This document shows, piece after piece, positions 1 to 10,546 of a stretch of 64,000 nt of DNA. This DNA comes from a bacterium (GTDB lineage Bacteria > Zhuqueibacterota > Zhuqueibacteria > Zhuqueibacterales > Zhuqueibacteraceae). Every line of letters starts with the position of its first letter. Positions within the stretch are counted from its first letter, which is position 1. The stretch spans positions 29,242 to 93,241 of the forward strand of contig JBIOXB010000211.1 in assembly GCA_044869275.1 (NCBI GenBank), given 5' to 3'. The position numbers and the translations under genes were made by a program. The notes under the pieces were generated by a model, which saw only the letters and a program-made list of their open reading frames with translations, was not told where the DNA came from and ran no database searches.

Positions 1-72
1 GCGGCGAGGATCGAGTCTGGTACGCCGTTTTCAATGTCTTTGGCGTGCGTCGCGATTCGATCAAGAAGTTCA

Positions 73-323
73 TCACGCCGCTTGAAGATTGAGATATTCG
101 ATTTCTTCATTCGCAACAACGGCTTTGGCATAAGCAAGACACGCCCGAATGTCTTCCGGCTCCAGGTCGGGATAATCTTCCAGCAGCTCCCCCTCCGTCA
201 CTCCTTTTGGCTGAGCAAATCCAAAATCATTTCAACTGAGATGCGAAGCCCGCGCACGTTCGGCTTGCCATCGAAGATGCGGGGATCGGAGGTGATTCTT
301 TCCCAAAGCGAGCGATGTGACAT
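73..323 (-). pseudogene. DUF433 family antitoxin, frameshifted
   Basis: Minus strand reads MSHRSLWERITSDPRIFDGKPNVRGLRISVEMILDLLSQ, then continues in another frame as GVTEGELLEDYPDLEPEDIRACLAYAKAVVANEEIEYLNLQAA*. The break is near the A4 run at 205-208. The span is 251 nt, not a multiple of 3. The motifs are typical of DUF433. Confidence 0.8.
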
Positions 324-337
324 TTGATCTCCTTTAA

Positions 338-463
338 TTATGCATTTATGACTCTTGTCGATATCATGAGTTTACGAAGCCGCAAGGGGTCTGCGGTAAT
401 TGTCCATCTGTCTTTGATTGACGTCTTTTTGATGGCTTCGTAGGAATTGTCAGGCGACGCCAT
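338..463 (-). pseudogene. XisH-like N-terminal remnant (41 aa)
   Basis: MASPDNSYEAIKKTSIKDRWTITADPLRL resembles the XisH family start (..AVKNALIKDGWTITxDPL..) and then stops early. Confidence 0.5.
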
Positions 464-641
464 TCCAACTCATCTTACAATATCCATGGGCAATTTATGA
501 CTCATTTCATGCCTTTGCAATGAAAAATTTCTTGTCTTTGCATTCCTCTGGCGCGAATCGATTTGCCTTCCCTTCATGTTTCTATTGTTTTTCTCTTCTG
601 CTTTTCTTGACTTTCGCCGGAAAGTTCGTAGATTCACCGGC

Positions 642-2168
642 ATGAAAACCGCCGATCAAAACTGGGAACGCCTCGTCGATCTCGCCTGCCTGCTCCACCA
701 ACAAAATGATTTTCATGAGATTCTGCGCGTGGTGGCACAACAAGCGGCGAGCCTGCTACAAGCTGAGATCGCCTTAATCTTGATGATTAATCCCCGCTCG
801 CTTGAAACGGTCAAAACGGTGATGCGCGAAGGCGAGCTGCAGGACGAGCGCAAATTTAAGGCATTTCACCATCAAATCAGTGGTTGGATCATGAGCAACC
901 GGCTGCCGTTGTTGTGCGAAAACATCAAACAAGACGCCCGTTTCAGCGGCGTGACGTGGCGAGAGGCGGCGGTTGAAGCGGTGCTGGGCGTGCCGCTCTC
1001 ATGCGAAGGCACGCTCTTGGGCACGCTGATCTTGTTGAATAAAACAGCGGAGAAAAAATTCACCGACCTCGACCTCGCCTATCTGGAAAGACTGGCGGTG
1101 ATGGCCGCGCCCTATTTGCGCAACGTACAGAAGATCGCGGAATATTTCGAAACGCCTCTGCCGGAGGCGGCGTTGTTCGCGAAGTACGAGCAAGCCGGTC
1201 TACTCGGCAAAAGTCCGAAATTCATCGAGCTGCTCAAAGCCATTGAAGCCGCCACGCGCTGCGACGTGCGCGTGTTGGTTGAAGGTGAGACCGGAACCGG
1301 GAAGGAATTGGTGGCGCGTGCCATTCATCGTTTCAGCCGGCGCAGCGGCCAGCCGTTCGTCGCCATTGATTGCGGCGCGATCCCCGAAAACTTGATCGAA
1401 AGCGAGCTGTTCGGCCACGTGAAAGGTGCCTTCACCGGCGCGCTGCAAGAGCGCAAGGGCCTGTTCGAGGAGGCGCATCAAGGCACGCTGTTCATGGATG
1501 AAATCGCCAATCTGCCCTTGCACATTCAAACCAAATTCATGCGCGTGCTGGAGCAAAATGAGGTTCGTCCGCTGGGCAGCAACGTCGCTCGCCAAGTCGA
1601 TGTGCGCGTCATTGCCGCCTCCAGCCGTTCGCTGCGCGAGCTCATGAGCAAACAGCTTTTTCGCGAGGATTTGTTTTACCGCTTGCATGTTTATCCCCTC
1701 AGAGCGCCTTCTTTGCAGGAACGGCTGGAAGACATTCCTTTATTGGCGCATCATTTCTTGCAGCATTGCGCCCGGCAACAACAAAAGCAAGTCGAGAGCT
1801 TTCACGACAGTATTTTGCTTTATATGAAGCAACGCTCCTGGCCAGGCAACATCCGGCAATTGGAAAACTTTGTCGAGCGGCTGGTGACGCTGTCAAGGCC
1901 TGAAAGCAAAACCATAAAGCTGGAAGATTTGCCGGTTGACATCAGAGCGGAGGTGAAAAAAAATGATGTAGATCATGCGGAGACTGCCGGCTTTTCATCT
2001 TTGACGGAAAGCCTGGCAGTTTATGAAGCGCAGCTCATTCGCCAGGCGTTGTCCCAGCATCGTGGGAATCAATCTCAGGCGGCAAGGCATTTGCGCATTC
2101 CCGTGCAAACATTGCAATATAAAATGAAGAAGCTTGGCATCGCTCCAACCTCTGTGCGAAAGAAATAA
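642..2168 (+). CDS. Sigma-54-dependent transcriptional activator (GAF - AAA+ - Fis HTH)
   Basis: Walker [40 protein letters not shown]-terminal NQSQAARHL HTH; N-terminal GAF domain. Confidence 0.93.
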   Translation: MKTADQNWERLVDLACLLHQQNDFHEILRVVAQQAASLLQAEIALILMINPRSLETVKTVMREGELQDERKFKAFHHQISGWIMSNRLPLLCENIKQDARFSGVTWREAAVEAVLGVPLSCEGTLLGTLILLNKTAEKKFTDLDLAYLERLAVMAAPYLRNVQKIAEYFETPLPEAALFAKYEQAGLLGKSPKFIELLKAIEAATRCDVRVLVEGETGTGKELVARAIHRFSRRSGQPFVAIDCGAIPENLIESELFGHVKGAFTGALQERKGLFEEAHQGTLFMDEIANLPLHIQTKFMRVLEQNEVRPLGSNVARQVDVRVIAASSRSLRELMSKQLFREDLFYRLHVYPLRAPSLQERLEDIPLLAHHFLQHCARQQQKQVESFHDSILLYMKQRSWPGNIRQLENFVERLVTLSRPESKTIKLEDLPVDIRAEVKKNDVDHAETAGFSSLTESLAVYEAQLIRQALSQHRGNQSQAARHLRIPVQTLQYKMKKLGIAPTSVRKK

Positions 2169-2254
2169 ATAGCGGCAGAGAGATTGAGCATTTGTATCGT
2201 GCCCGGTGCTGAAGAAGATTCAGACTGTATAAAAATGCTTGGTTTCAACGCCGG

Positions 2255-2306
2255 CTGAGCTTGTCGAAGCCGGATCTTTGAACTTAGCACCCTTCGACAA
2301 GCTCAG
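2255..2306. repeat. REP-like inverted repeat pair CTGAGCTTGTCGAAG / CTTCGACAAGCTCAG
   Basis: Perfect 15-bp inverted repeat at 2255-2269 and 2292-2306 in an intergenic region. Confidence 0.8.
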
Positions 2307-2398
2307 GGTGCGGCATTCCCAGGTTTTCACACAGTCAGATTCTTCCAGAATGACAGAGTAGAGGGCGTGAGCATCAGGAATAGTACTGAGGTCAACTC

Positions 2399-4126
2399 AT
2401 GCACGGCGGCGACCGCATCGCAGAAGTTCTGAAAGCCCAGGGTGTGCAATTCCTTTTCACTTTGTGTGGCGGGCATATTTCTCCCATTCTTGTGGGCTGC
2501 AAACAGCGCGGCATGCGCGTGATCGATGTGCGGCATGAAGTCACGGCGGTGTTTGCGGCGGATGCCGTGGCGCGCTTGACCGGTATTCCCGGCGTGGCGG
2601 CGGTGACGGCCGGGCCCGGCGTGACGAATACCATCACCGCAATCAAAAATGCCCAGCTCGCGCAATCGCCGGTGATTCTGTTGGGCGGAGCGACGGCTAC
2701 GGCGCTGAAAGGCCGCGGCGCATTGCAAGACATCGATCAAATAGCTTTGTTCCGGCCGCATGTAAAATGGGCGAAATCAGTGCGCCGCGTGCGCGATCTC
2801 GGGCCGGTCCTGGCAAATGCCTTCACCATTGCACAAAGTGACGTACCCGGCCCCGTGTTCATGGAATGTCCGGTGGATTTGCTCTATGAGGAAGCGACGG
2901 TGCGCGAATGGTATGGCTTGAAAGCACAACCCGGAAAATCGCTCGCCGAGCGCGCGCTCAAATTTTACCTCGACCATCATGTCAATCGCTTGTTTACCGG
3001 CGCAGCGTCAACGCTTTCGACCGCACGCGCGATTTTTTCCATACCACAGCCCAGTGGTGCAAGTATAGCTCAGGCCGCAAAAAAATTATCGCAAGCCGAG
3101 CGCCCTCTCCTGCTCGTGGGAAGCCAAGCTTTGCTGGATGCCGCCCATGCTGCACCAATCGCAAACGCAGTCGAGAAACTCGGCATTCCGGTTTACCTTT
3201 CCGGCATGGCGCGTGGCTTATTGGGCCGGCGGCATGCGTTGCTTATGCGCCACAAACGCCGCGAAGCCTTGCGTGAGGCTGATCTTGTCGTCCTTGCAGG
3301 TGTGCCTTGTGATTTTCGCCTCGATTATGGCCGGCACATTCGCCGCAGCACGTTTTTAATTTCCGCCAATCGCAGCCGCGCAGATTTGAACAAGAACCGC
3401 CGCCCCCATCTCGGCATTCGCGGCGATGCCGGAATCTTTCTGCAAAGATTGGCGGAACAATTCCATCCCTCCGAACGCTGGCAAGCTTGGCGCGAGCAAT
3501 TGCGGCAGCGCGATCAAGCGCGTGAACGAGAAATTCGCGAGCAAGCGGCGGTCACCAAGGATCTCGTCAATCCCTTGCAGCTCTGCCGGGAGATTGAGAA
3601 AAGGATCGCTGATGACAGCATCATCGTCGCCGATGGCGGTGATTTTGTGGCTACGGCCTCGTATATCATGAGTCCGCGCGGGCCGCTCACCTGGCTCGAT
3701 CCGGGCGTGTTCGGCACGCTTGGCGTCGGCGCCGGCTTTGCACTGGGCGCGAAACTATGCCGGCCCGATGCTGAAGTTTGGATTATCTACGGCGATGGCG
3801 CGGCGGGATATAGTCTGGCAGAAATCGATACCTTCGTGCGGCATCAAATTCCAGTGATCGCCGTGGTGGGCAACGACGCCGGCTGGACGCAGATCGCGCG
3901 CGAGCAGGTGGTAATGCTCAACGATGACGTGGGCACGGTCCTGCGGCACTCTGATTATGAACGCGTTGCGGCAGGTTTTGGTGGGAAGGGATTCTTGTTA
4001 AAAGACATGGACCAGATTGAGCCAATTCTCGCACAAGCAAAACAAGCAGCAAAAGCTGGCCAGCCGGTATTGATCAACGCCCATTTGGATAAAACGGAGT
4101 TTCGTAAGGGATCGATCTCGATGTGA
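2399..4126 (+). CDS. Thiamine pyrophosphate-binding enzyme, acetolactate synthase-like (ILVBL/HACL2 type)
   Basis: [30 protein letters not shown] motif GDG...VGND; C-terminus FRKGSISM resembles ILVBL. Confidence 0.88.
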   Translation: MHGGDRIAEVLKAQGVQFLFTLCGGHISPILVGCKQRGMRVIDVRHEVTAVFAADAVARLTGIPGVAAVTAGPGVTNTITAIKNAQLAQSPVILLGGATATALKGRGALQDIDQIALFRPHVKWAKSVRRVRDLGPVLANAFTIAQSDVPGPVFMECPVDLLYEEATVREWYGLKAQPGKSLAERALKFYLDHHVNRLFTGAASTLSTARAIFSIPQPSGASIAQAAKKLSQAERPLLLVGSQALLDAAHAAPIANAVEKLGIPVYLSGMARGLLGRRHALLMRHKRREALREADLVVLAGVPCDFRLDYGRHIRRSTFLISANRSRADLNKNRRPHLGIRGDAGIFLQRLAEQFHPSERWQAWREQLRQRDQAREREIREQAAVTKDLVNPLQLCREIEKRIADDSIIVADGGDFVATASYIMSPRGPLTWLDPGVFGTLGVGAGFALGAKLCRPDAEVWIIYGDGAAGYSLAEIDTFVRHQIPVIAVVGNDAGWTQIAREQVVMLNDDVGTVLRHSDYERVAAGFGGKGFLLKDMDQIEPILAQAKQAAKAGQPVLINAHLDKTEFRKGSISM

Positions 4127-4143
4127 ATGACAAGTGGTGTGGG

Positions 4144-6693
4144 TCAACCCGATCCCCGCATACGGCCATAGAAATTCTTGATTTCCTCAAAAACCTCTTC
4201 CGAATTCCCGCCCGCTATCCGGCATTCGGGCAGGGATTCCAAAAACAAACGGCCGTAGTATTTCGTCGCGATGCGGTTGTCGAAAATCGCGATCACGCCG
4301 AAATCGGTTTTGCGGCGGATCAGCCGGCCAAAACCCTGTTTGAATTTGATCACCGCCTGAGGCACGGAGAAATCCATAAAGGAATTGCCGCCGCGGCGGT
4401 CGATCGCTTCCACGCGCGCTTCGATGATCGGCTCCGTCGGCACGCGAAACGGCAGCCGCGGAATGATCACGCATTCCAGGGCTTCGCCGTGCACATCCAC
4501 GCCCTGCCAGAAGCTGTCGGTGCCAAACAAAACCGACCCCACTTTGCTTCTGAATCTTTCCAACAAACGATGGCGATTCTCCTGCCCCTGCTTCAGCGCG
4601 AGGAATCCTTTGGCATTCAACTCCGGCGCGAGCAAATTATAGATTTGATTGAGCAAGCCATAAGCCGTGAACAAAATAAAAGCGCGGCCTTGCGAAAGCT
4701 CGAGCGTGCGCGCCAGCAGTTGTTTCAAGGCTTGCGGATAACGCCCTTCCGTGGGCGCGGGAATATCCGTGGGAATCGCGAGCAAAACCTGTCGGGGATA
4801 ATCAAAGGGCGATTCGAGTTGGATGCTGGTACGCCGCGCGGCCTCGATGCGATTCAGTCCGAGCCTTTCCTCCAAAAAGCTGAAGGATTTTCCCACCGCC
4901 AGCGTTGCGGAAGTGAGCACGACGGTGGGGAACGCTTCGAAAACTTTTTTTTGCATGATCGGCGCGATGTCCAGTGGCGCGCTGTGCAAACGCACGATGT
5001 TGCCGTAACGCGATGCTTTCAGCTCCAGCCAGCGCACGAGGTTTTCGTCGTTGCTGAGCAACACTTGCTCGAATTCCGTGGCCAGCGCCGACAGCCGGTT
5101 GGCCTGCGCCATGAGGTCGAGGGCGAGCGAAGCCGCCTCGCTGCCGATGTAGTGCTCCGCCGTGTCGAACAGGCTGTTGAGCTTGGCCAAAGCCTCGGTG
5201 CATTCGCGCAGCGTGTTCAAAAAGCTCGGCACGTGCTGGGACAGTATTTCTTGAAAATTCCGGTCCTGGCACAGCGCCGGGGTCAATCGAATTTTTGCTT
5301 CACTGAATTCTGCCTGGCGCCTGGAGATGCCCCATGCGAACAGCCGCTCCATCACGTTGCCGAGGGAGAGTTCGAGATTCTGCACCAACGGCGCGCACAG
5401 GCCTTCGGCTTGCTCTCGAAATTTTTCCAGCAGCGAGCGCGTAAGGCGGCCGGCATGCTTTTGCATCTTGACCATCGTGAACGGCAAGAGTCCGGTCGCT
5501 TTTTTGTCTTTGAAACGATAGAGTTTGTGCAGAATGCGCAAAAAGCCGTGATAACTCGCCGCCGCGCCAAAGTAGGTCGAGGCCACGTCTTCGATATCGT
5601 GCCCTTCATCCAAAATGATGCGATGGTACTTGGGCAACACGGCGACTTCTGAGCTCATGCCGCTCTCCGCGCGCACGGCGAGATCGGCGAAAAGAATGTG
5701 ATGGTTGGCGATGAGCAGGTCGGCGGTGGCGGCACGGCGGCGGGCGTTGTAAAAAAAACATTCATTGTAAAAGGGGCATTTCGCCCGCAGCGTGGTGTCG
5801 CTCTCGGATTGAATCTTTTCCCACACTGGCTCGCTGGGCAGGAAGCCAAGGTCGGATTTGCTGCCCTCGGCAGTTTTCTTCGCCCAAGCGAGAAGGCTCA
5901 GTAATTCCTGCTGCTGCGCCGTGTCAGAAAACAAGTCGGGCTGGGTCTGCACTTCGGACAATTTGCGTTTACAAGCGTAATTGGTGCGGCCCTTCACCAG
6001 CGCCGCGCGAAACTTTGTTTGCAGCGTCTCCTGCAAGAGGGGAATGTCCTTTTGCATCAATTGCTCCTGCAGGTTGATCGTGCCCGTTGCGATCACCGTG
6101 CGCTCGCCGTTGCGCACGCTCCATTCGAGGGCAGGCAGAAGATAGGCGAGCGTTTTGCCCGTGCCTGTTCCCGCTTCCACGATCGCAATCTTATTCTGGT
6201 TGAAAGCGTCGGCGACATGCTCGAGCATGCGCTGCTGCTGCGGCCGGGCTTCATAGTGGTCGAGCTTGCGCGCGACGGGACCGCTGGCGCCGAGCCAGGC
6301 ATTCAACTTTTGCACCTCGAGGAGGTGGATCTTTTTCTCGCGCTGCGGCTCGACCACGACGTAAATGTCGTCCACCTGATTGTTGACGATGTAAAACGCG
6401 ACAGATTCGTTTCCCAGCTCCGAGGCAATGCCGGCGTCGGCGTTGGAAGGCTGCAAAACGCCCGAGGGATGATTGTGCATCACCGCGTCGCCGGTGTGCA
6501 CGACATTCATGATCGCCGGCACCATGTTTTTATTGCCGCGCGCGACCACCTGTGCAGATTCCACCACGCCTTTGATATTCACCTTTCCGACGAAAAAGAC
6601 TTCATTGCCGCGCGCTTCGAGAATGTGATGGCGCATATAGGCAATGGCCTCATCGGAGAGATAGGATTTGATTTTGGGAAGGGGTTGTGGCAT
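4144..6693 (-). CDS. dinG: DinG/YoaA family SF2 helicase with N-terminal JAB/JAMM domain
   Basis: AGTGTGKT, DEGH, LTSATL, SFWQGVD, QGFGRLIR; N-terminal HNHPSGVLQPSNAD (HxHx7SxxD). Start uncertain (ORF is open to 6738). Confidence 0.88.
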   Translation of the reverse strand: MPQPLPKIKSYLSDEAIAYMRHHILEARGNEVFFVGKVNIKGVVESAQVVARGNKNMVPAIMNVVHTGDAVMHNHPSGVLQPSNADAGIASELGNESVAFYIVNNQVDDIYVVVEPQREKKIHLLEVQKLNAWLGASGPVARKLDHYEARPQQQRMLEHVADAFNQNKIAIVEAGTGTGKTLAYLLPALEWSVRNGERTVIATGTINLQEQLMQKDIPLLQETLQTKFRAALVKGRTNYACKRKLSEVQTQPDLFSDTAQQQELLSLLAWAKKTAEGSKSDLGFLPSEPVWEKIQSESDTTLRAKCPFYNECFFYNARRRAATADLLIANHHILFADLAVRAESGMSSEVAVLPKYHRIILDEGHDIEDVASTYFGAAASYHGFLRILHKLYRFKDKKATGLLPFTMVKMQKHAGRLTRSLLEKFREQAEGLCAPLVQNLELSLGNVMERLFAWGISRRQAEFSEAKIRLTPALCQDRNFQEILSQHVPSFLNTLRECTEALAKLNSLFDTAEHYIGSEAASLALDLMAQANRLSALATEFEQVLLSNDENLVRWLELKASRYGNIVRLHSAPLDIAPIMQKKVFEAFPTVVLTSATLAVGKSFSFLEERLGLNRIEAARRTSIQLESPFDYPRQVLLAIPTDIPAPTEGRYPQALKQLLARTLELSQGRAFILFTAYGLLNQIYNLLAPELNAKGFLALKQGQENRHRLLERFRSKVGSVLFGTDSFWQGVDVHGEALECVIIPRLPFRVPTEPIIEARVEAIDRRGGNSFMDFSVPQAVIKFKQGFGRLIRRKTDFGVIAIFDNRIATKYYGRLFLESLPECRIAGGNSEEVFEEIKNFYGRMRGSG

Positions 6694-7170
6694 GGCTGGT
6701 TGCTCGTTACGCATTGCTGGCACATCGACCTCACGCACAATATAACGATTTCTTCATAAAAAGAAAGGCCTGGTTACGGCGTGGGAGGCATAGGCATGAA
6801 AAATTACACCTTGCTTTCATGGAGGAAAATTATCAAATTTTGTGTGTAAAGATTGGGGGCCGGACTATATGGACGATTTGAGGTGGATCGAAAAATCGGC
6901 GGAGAATCTGGCTGTAGCAGCTTGAGTTGCAGCAAACTCCCGCGCGGCTGAAAGTCTAAGCTTCAGCCCATGGCTTTCAAAATCATGCCCAGGCCGAATT
7001 TCCCTGCCGCCGCCAACATTCGCGCTTGACTTTGCTTCTCTAGGTCTATAAATTTGCTCTGCTTTTTTCCCAATCTCTTCGCGCGATACAACGGTTCGCT
7101 CATGAACCAGGACGAATTGATTTTTTCATGAGCGCGATTGGCTGCCAACCCTCACCAACTGGAGCACGCC

Positions 7171-8169
7171 ATGATCCGAAAACTCGTGACTATTGAGCGG
7201 CATATCATCGAGCAGCAAAAGTCCTTTCCCCAGGCGACAGGCGAGTTTTCGGCTTTGCTGTACGACATGGCGTTTGCGGCCAAAATCATTTCACGAGAAG
7301 TGCGGCGTGCGGGACTGGTCGATATTCTCGGCTTTACCGGCGCGGAAAACGTGCAGGGCGAGATGGTGCGCAAACTCGACGAATTCGCGGACGATGTCAT
7401 TTTTCGCGCGATGGACCACACCGGGCGACTGTGCTGCCTGGCCAGCGAAGAGCGCGAGGATTTGATTCCCATCCCGGACGAATTCAAATGCGGCCATTAT
7501 GTCCTCCTGTATGATCCCCTCGATGGTTCTTCTAATGTCGATGCCAACGTCAGCATCGGCACGATTTTCTCGATTCATCGCAAAATCAGTGCTGGCGAGC
7601 GCAGCGAGTTGAAGGATGCTTTGCAGGCTGGCGCCAAGCAGGTGGGCGCGGGCTATGTGTTGTACGGCTCCTCGACCATTCTGGTTTATACTTCGGGACA
7701 AGGGGTGCATGGTTTCACGCTCGATCCGACCGTGGGCGAGTTCTTGCTTTCGCATGAAAATATCAAAATGCCCGCGCGCGGAAAAATCTACAGCGTAAAT
7801 GAAGGGAATGCGGCCAATTGGGACCAGGGTATGCGCGCCTACGTCGAACATCTCAAGGCTGACGATAAAGCCACGGGCCGGCCGTATTCGTCGCGTTACA
7901 TCGGCTCCCTGGTTTCCGACTTTCATCGCAATTTGTTGTATGGCGGAATTTTCATGTATCCCGCCGACCGGAAAAATCCCAGCGGCAAATTGCGCCTATT
8001 ATATGAAGCCAATCCGCTGGCTTTCATAGTTGAACAAGCCGGCGGTGCGGCGAGCGACGGCAAACAGCGCATCCTGGACATTGCACCGAAAGCGCTGCAC
8101 CAGCGCACTCCCTTGCTCATCGGCTGCGCCGAAGACGTGCGCGAAGCCGTGCGCTTTCTCGCCCAATAA
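7171..8169 (+). CDS. fbp: Fructose-1,6-bisphosphatase class 1
   Basis: [40 protein letters not shown]. Confidence 0.96.
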   Translation: MIRKLVTIERHIIEQQKSFPQATGEFSALLYDMAFAAKIISREVRRAGLVDILGFTGAENVQGEMVRKLDEFADDVIFRAMDHTGRLCCLASEEREDLIPIPDEFKCGHYVLLYDPLDGSSNVDANVSIGTIFSIHRKISAGERSELKDALQAGAKQVGAGYVLYGSSTILVYTSGQGVHGFTLDPTVGEFLLSHENIKMPARGKIYSVNEGNAANWDQGMRAYVEHLKADDKATGRPYSSRYIGSLVSDFHRNLLYGGIFMYPADRKNPSGKLRLLYEANPLAFIVEQAGGAASDGKQRILDIAPKALHQRTPLLIGCAEDVREAVRFLAQ

Positions 8170-8339
8170 ACTGCTTGACTCGTGCGAAAAAATTATATAA
8201 CCTTACCGGCGCAAAATACGATGGACCAGCGTGAAGGTTGATCTCAGAATATCAGAGTACAAGGCAACCGGGGGCTGCACGATCTTCACGTGTTTAATTC
8301 ACACTTCAGTTTCAAACTCAATCAGGAAAGGGGGCGTTT

Positions 8340-8783
8340 ATGGCCTCACGTGGAGTAAACAAAGTCATCTTAATCGGTCATGTCGGGCGCGATCCGGAGA
8401 TTAAGTATACTCCGGGAGGAACCGCGATTGCCAATTTCAGCGTGGCGACGACGGACGCGTACAAAGACAAGGCCGGCAACCTGCAGGAGCGCACCGACTG
8501 GCATCGCATCGTTGCCATGGGCCGCACCGCGGAAGTCATGGGCGAGTACCTCAAGAAAGGGCAGCAGGTTTATGTTGAAGGCCGGCTGCAAACGCGCTCT
8601 TGGGACGATGACAAGGGGCAGAAACGCTATATCACCGAAATTGTCGCTCTGAGCGTGCAATTTCTCGGCAAGAAATCCGAGGGCGGGGGCAACAGCAGCA
8701 CTGGCTCCGCCGACATTCCGCCGCCTTCTGATGATTATGCCGCGCCTGCAGGAGCACCCAGTGAAGAAGATTTGCCCTTCTAA
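8340..8783 (+). CDS. ssb: Single-stranded DNA-binding protein
   Basis: [19 protein letters not shown], acidic EEDLPF tail. Confidence 0.97.
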   Translation: MASRGVNKVILIGHVGRDPEIKYTPGGTAIANFSVATTDAYKDKAGNLQERTDWHRIVAMGRTAEVMGEYLKKGQQVYVEGRLQTRSWDDDKGQKRYITEIVALSVQFLGKKSEGGGNSSTGSADIPPPSDDYAAPAGAPSEEDLPF

Positions 8784-8822
8784 AAAAACTGCAGCGCGCT
8801 GGTCTTGACGCTTACCCATCTT

Positions 8823-8857
8823 AAAATCCGGGTCCATGCGGGACTCGGATTTTTTTT
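8823..8857 (+). terminator. Intrinsic terminator-like hairpin after ssb
   Basis: AAAATCCGGGTCC-atgcg-GGACTCGGATTTTTTTT. Confidence 0.65.
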
Positions 8858-8863
8858 ACTACC

Positions 8864-9268
8864 ATGATGCGACCATCCGAACCCCTCGTAGCTGCAGCGA
8901 TTGCCGCCAAACACAAAGCGCTGGCACCTTACTCCAAGTTTCGCGTCGGCGCGGCGGTGATGACGGCGCAAGGCAAGATCTTCGACGGCTGCAACATTGA
9001 ATCCAGCTCTTATGGCTTGACCTGTTGCGCCGAGCGCGTGGCATTATTCAAGGCATTGTCGGAAGGAGAAAGCGACTTTGTCTCTGTCGCGGTTGCTGCG
9101 GATACGGAGGATTTTTGCACGCCCTGCGGCGCATGCCGGCAAGTGTTATGGGATTACGCGCGCCGGGCGCGAGTCATTCTCGTCAATGCCAATAGCGATA
9201 CCAAAGAGTTCGCGTTGGCAGAGCTCCTGCCGCAGGCGTTCGACGACCATTTGTTATTACAAAGGTGA
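8864..9268 (+). CDS. cdd: Cytidine deaminase (homotetrameric type)
   Basis: APYSKFRVGAA, CAERVA, PCGACRQ, ELLP.AF. Confidence 0.95.
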   Translation: MMRPSEPLVAAAIAAKHKALAPYSKFRVGAAVMTAQGKIFDGCNIESSSYGLTCCAERVALFKALSEGESDFVSVAVAADTEDFCTPCGACRQVLWDYARRARVILVNANSDTKEFALAELLPQAFDDHLLLQR

Positions 9269-9271
9269 GGT

Positions 9272-9901
9272 GTGAGGGAGCGAGGTATCTTAATTGGTCT
9301 GGCCGGCGGCTCAGGTTCTGGTAAAACCATGGTGACGCGGCGGCTGATCGAACAATTGGGCTCGGACCGCGTCATCGTGGTGGAGCAGGATTCGTACTAC
9401 AAGGATTTGAGCCACTTGCCGTTCGAGGAACGTGCGGCGCAGAATTTCGATCATCCCGAGGCCATGGATTCTGAATTGCTGATCCAGCATATTCAAACCT
9501 TGTTGCTCGGTCGCACGGTCGAAATTCCGGTCTATGATTTTACGCGCCATTTGCGCCAGCCTGACACGCGCAGCACCGGCCCCCACGATGTGATCGTCTT
9601 GGAGGGCATCTTGATTCTCGACAATCCCAGGCTGAGGGAGTTGATGGATATCAAAGTCTACGTCGATACCGATGCCGACGTGCGCTTCATCCGCCGTTTG
9701 AAACGCGACACTCAGGAACGCGGCCGCTCGACGGCCGCTGTGATCGCGCAATATGAGCGCACCGTGCGGCCCATGCATCTGCAATTCGTCGAGCCCACCA
9801 AACGCTATGCCGACATCATTATCCCCGAGGGTGGCTTCAATGAAGTGGCGATCGATTTGCTGCGCACGAAAATCGAGGCGCTGCTGCGCGCCCGCCGCTA
9901 G
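9272..9901 (+). CDS. udk: Uridine kinase
   Basis: GGSGSGKT, QDSYY, NFDHP, EGIL, RRLKRD, EPTKRYADIIIP. Confidence 0.95.
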   Translation: MRERGILIGLAGGSGSGKTMVTRRLIEQLGSDRVIVVEQDSYYKDLSHLPFEERAAQNFDHPEAMDSELLIQHIQTLLLGRTVEIPVYDFTRHLRQPDTRSTGPHDVIVLEGILILDNPRLRELMDIKVYVDTDADVRFIRRLKRDTQERGRSTAAVIAQYERTVRPMHLQFVEPTKRYADIIIPEGGFNEVAIDLLRTKIEALLRARR

Positions 9902-9960
9902 AGGGCAAGATTGACTGCATGATCACGACGAGGCAATTTTGGAGGAAATGACCTGAAGCT

Positions 9961-10518
9961 ATGATCGGCAAGAATTCCACAGGCTCTCTCGAAATCGTTT
10001 GCGGCAGCATGTTTAGCGGCAAAACCGAGGAATTGATACGCCGGCTTCGGCGCGCGCAAATTGCCAAACAACGCGTGGCGATTTTCAAGCCGGCCCTGGA
10101 CAGCCGCTATGGCAGCGATCACATCGTCTCGCACAGCGAGCAGAAGCTGCGCTCCGAGCCGGTGCAAAACGCGCAAGAGATTCTGCAAAAGATCGGGGAC
10201 GCGCAGGTCGTGGGCATCGACGAGGGCCAGTTTTTTGATAACACCCTGATTGCCGTATGCAACGAGCTGGCGCATCGCGGCGTGCGCGTCATCGTCGCCG
10301 GGCTGGACATGGATTATCGCGGCGTTCCCTTCGAACCGATCCCCCAGCTCATGGCGATTGCCGAGCATGTGACCAAGACCCAGGCAATCTGCATGCAATG
10401 CGGCGAGCCGGCTGCGTTTACCCAACGTTTGACCCCGGCGCGCGATCGCGTCGTCGTCGGTGCCAAGGAAATGTACGAAGCGCGCTGCCGCCAATGCTAC
10501 ATCCCGCCGGAGAATTAA
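9961..10518 (+). CDS. tdk: Thymidine kinase (type II)
   Basis: [23 protein letters not shown], zinc ligands CMQC and CRQC. Confidence 0.96.
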   Translation: MIGKNSTGSLEIVCGSMFSGKTEELIRRLRRAQIAKQRVAIFKPALDSRYGSDHIVSHSEQKLRSEPVQNAQEILQKIGDAQVVGIDEGQFFDNTLIAVCNELAHRGVRVIVAGLDMDYRGVPFEPIPQLMAIAEHVTKTQAICMQCGEPAAFTQRLTPARDRVVVGAKEMYEARCRQCYIPPEN

Positions 10519-10546
10519 AGGAAACGCCCGCGCTGGAACGAAAACG

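Noticed and set aside
34..327. 97-aa plus-strand ORF
   Set aside because: Antisense to the frameshifted DUF433 gene.
548..566. TGGCGC...TTTGC as a sigma-54 promoter
   Set aside because: The spacing between GG and GC is wrong for -24/-12.
4123..5652. 509-aa plus-strand ORF, and similar long ORFs at 23385-24944, 38574-39767, 41479-43161, 45987-47480 and 50602-51669
   Set aside because: Antisense shadows of well-supported minus-strand genes in GC-rich DNA; no recognisable motifs.
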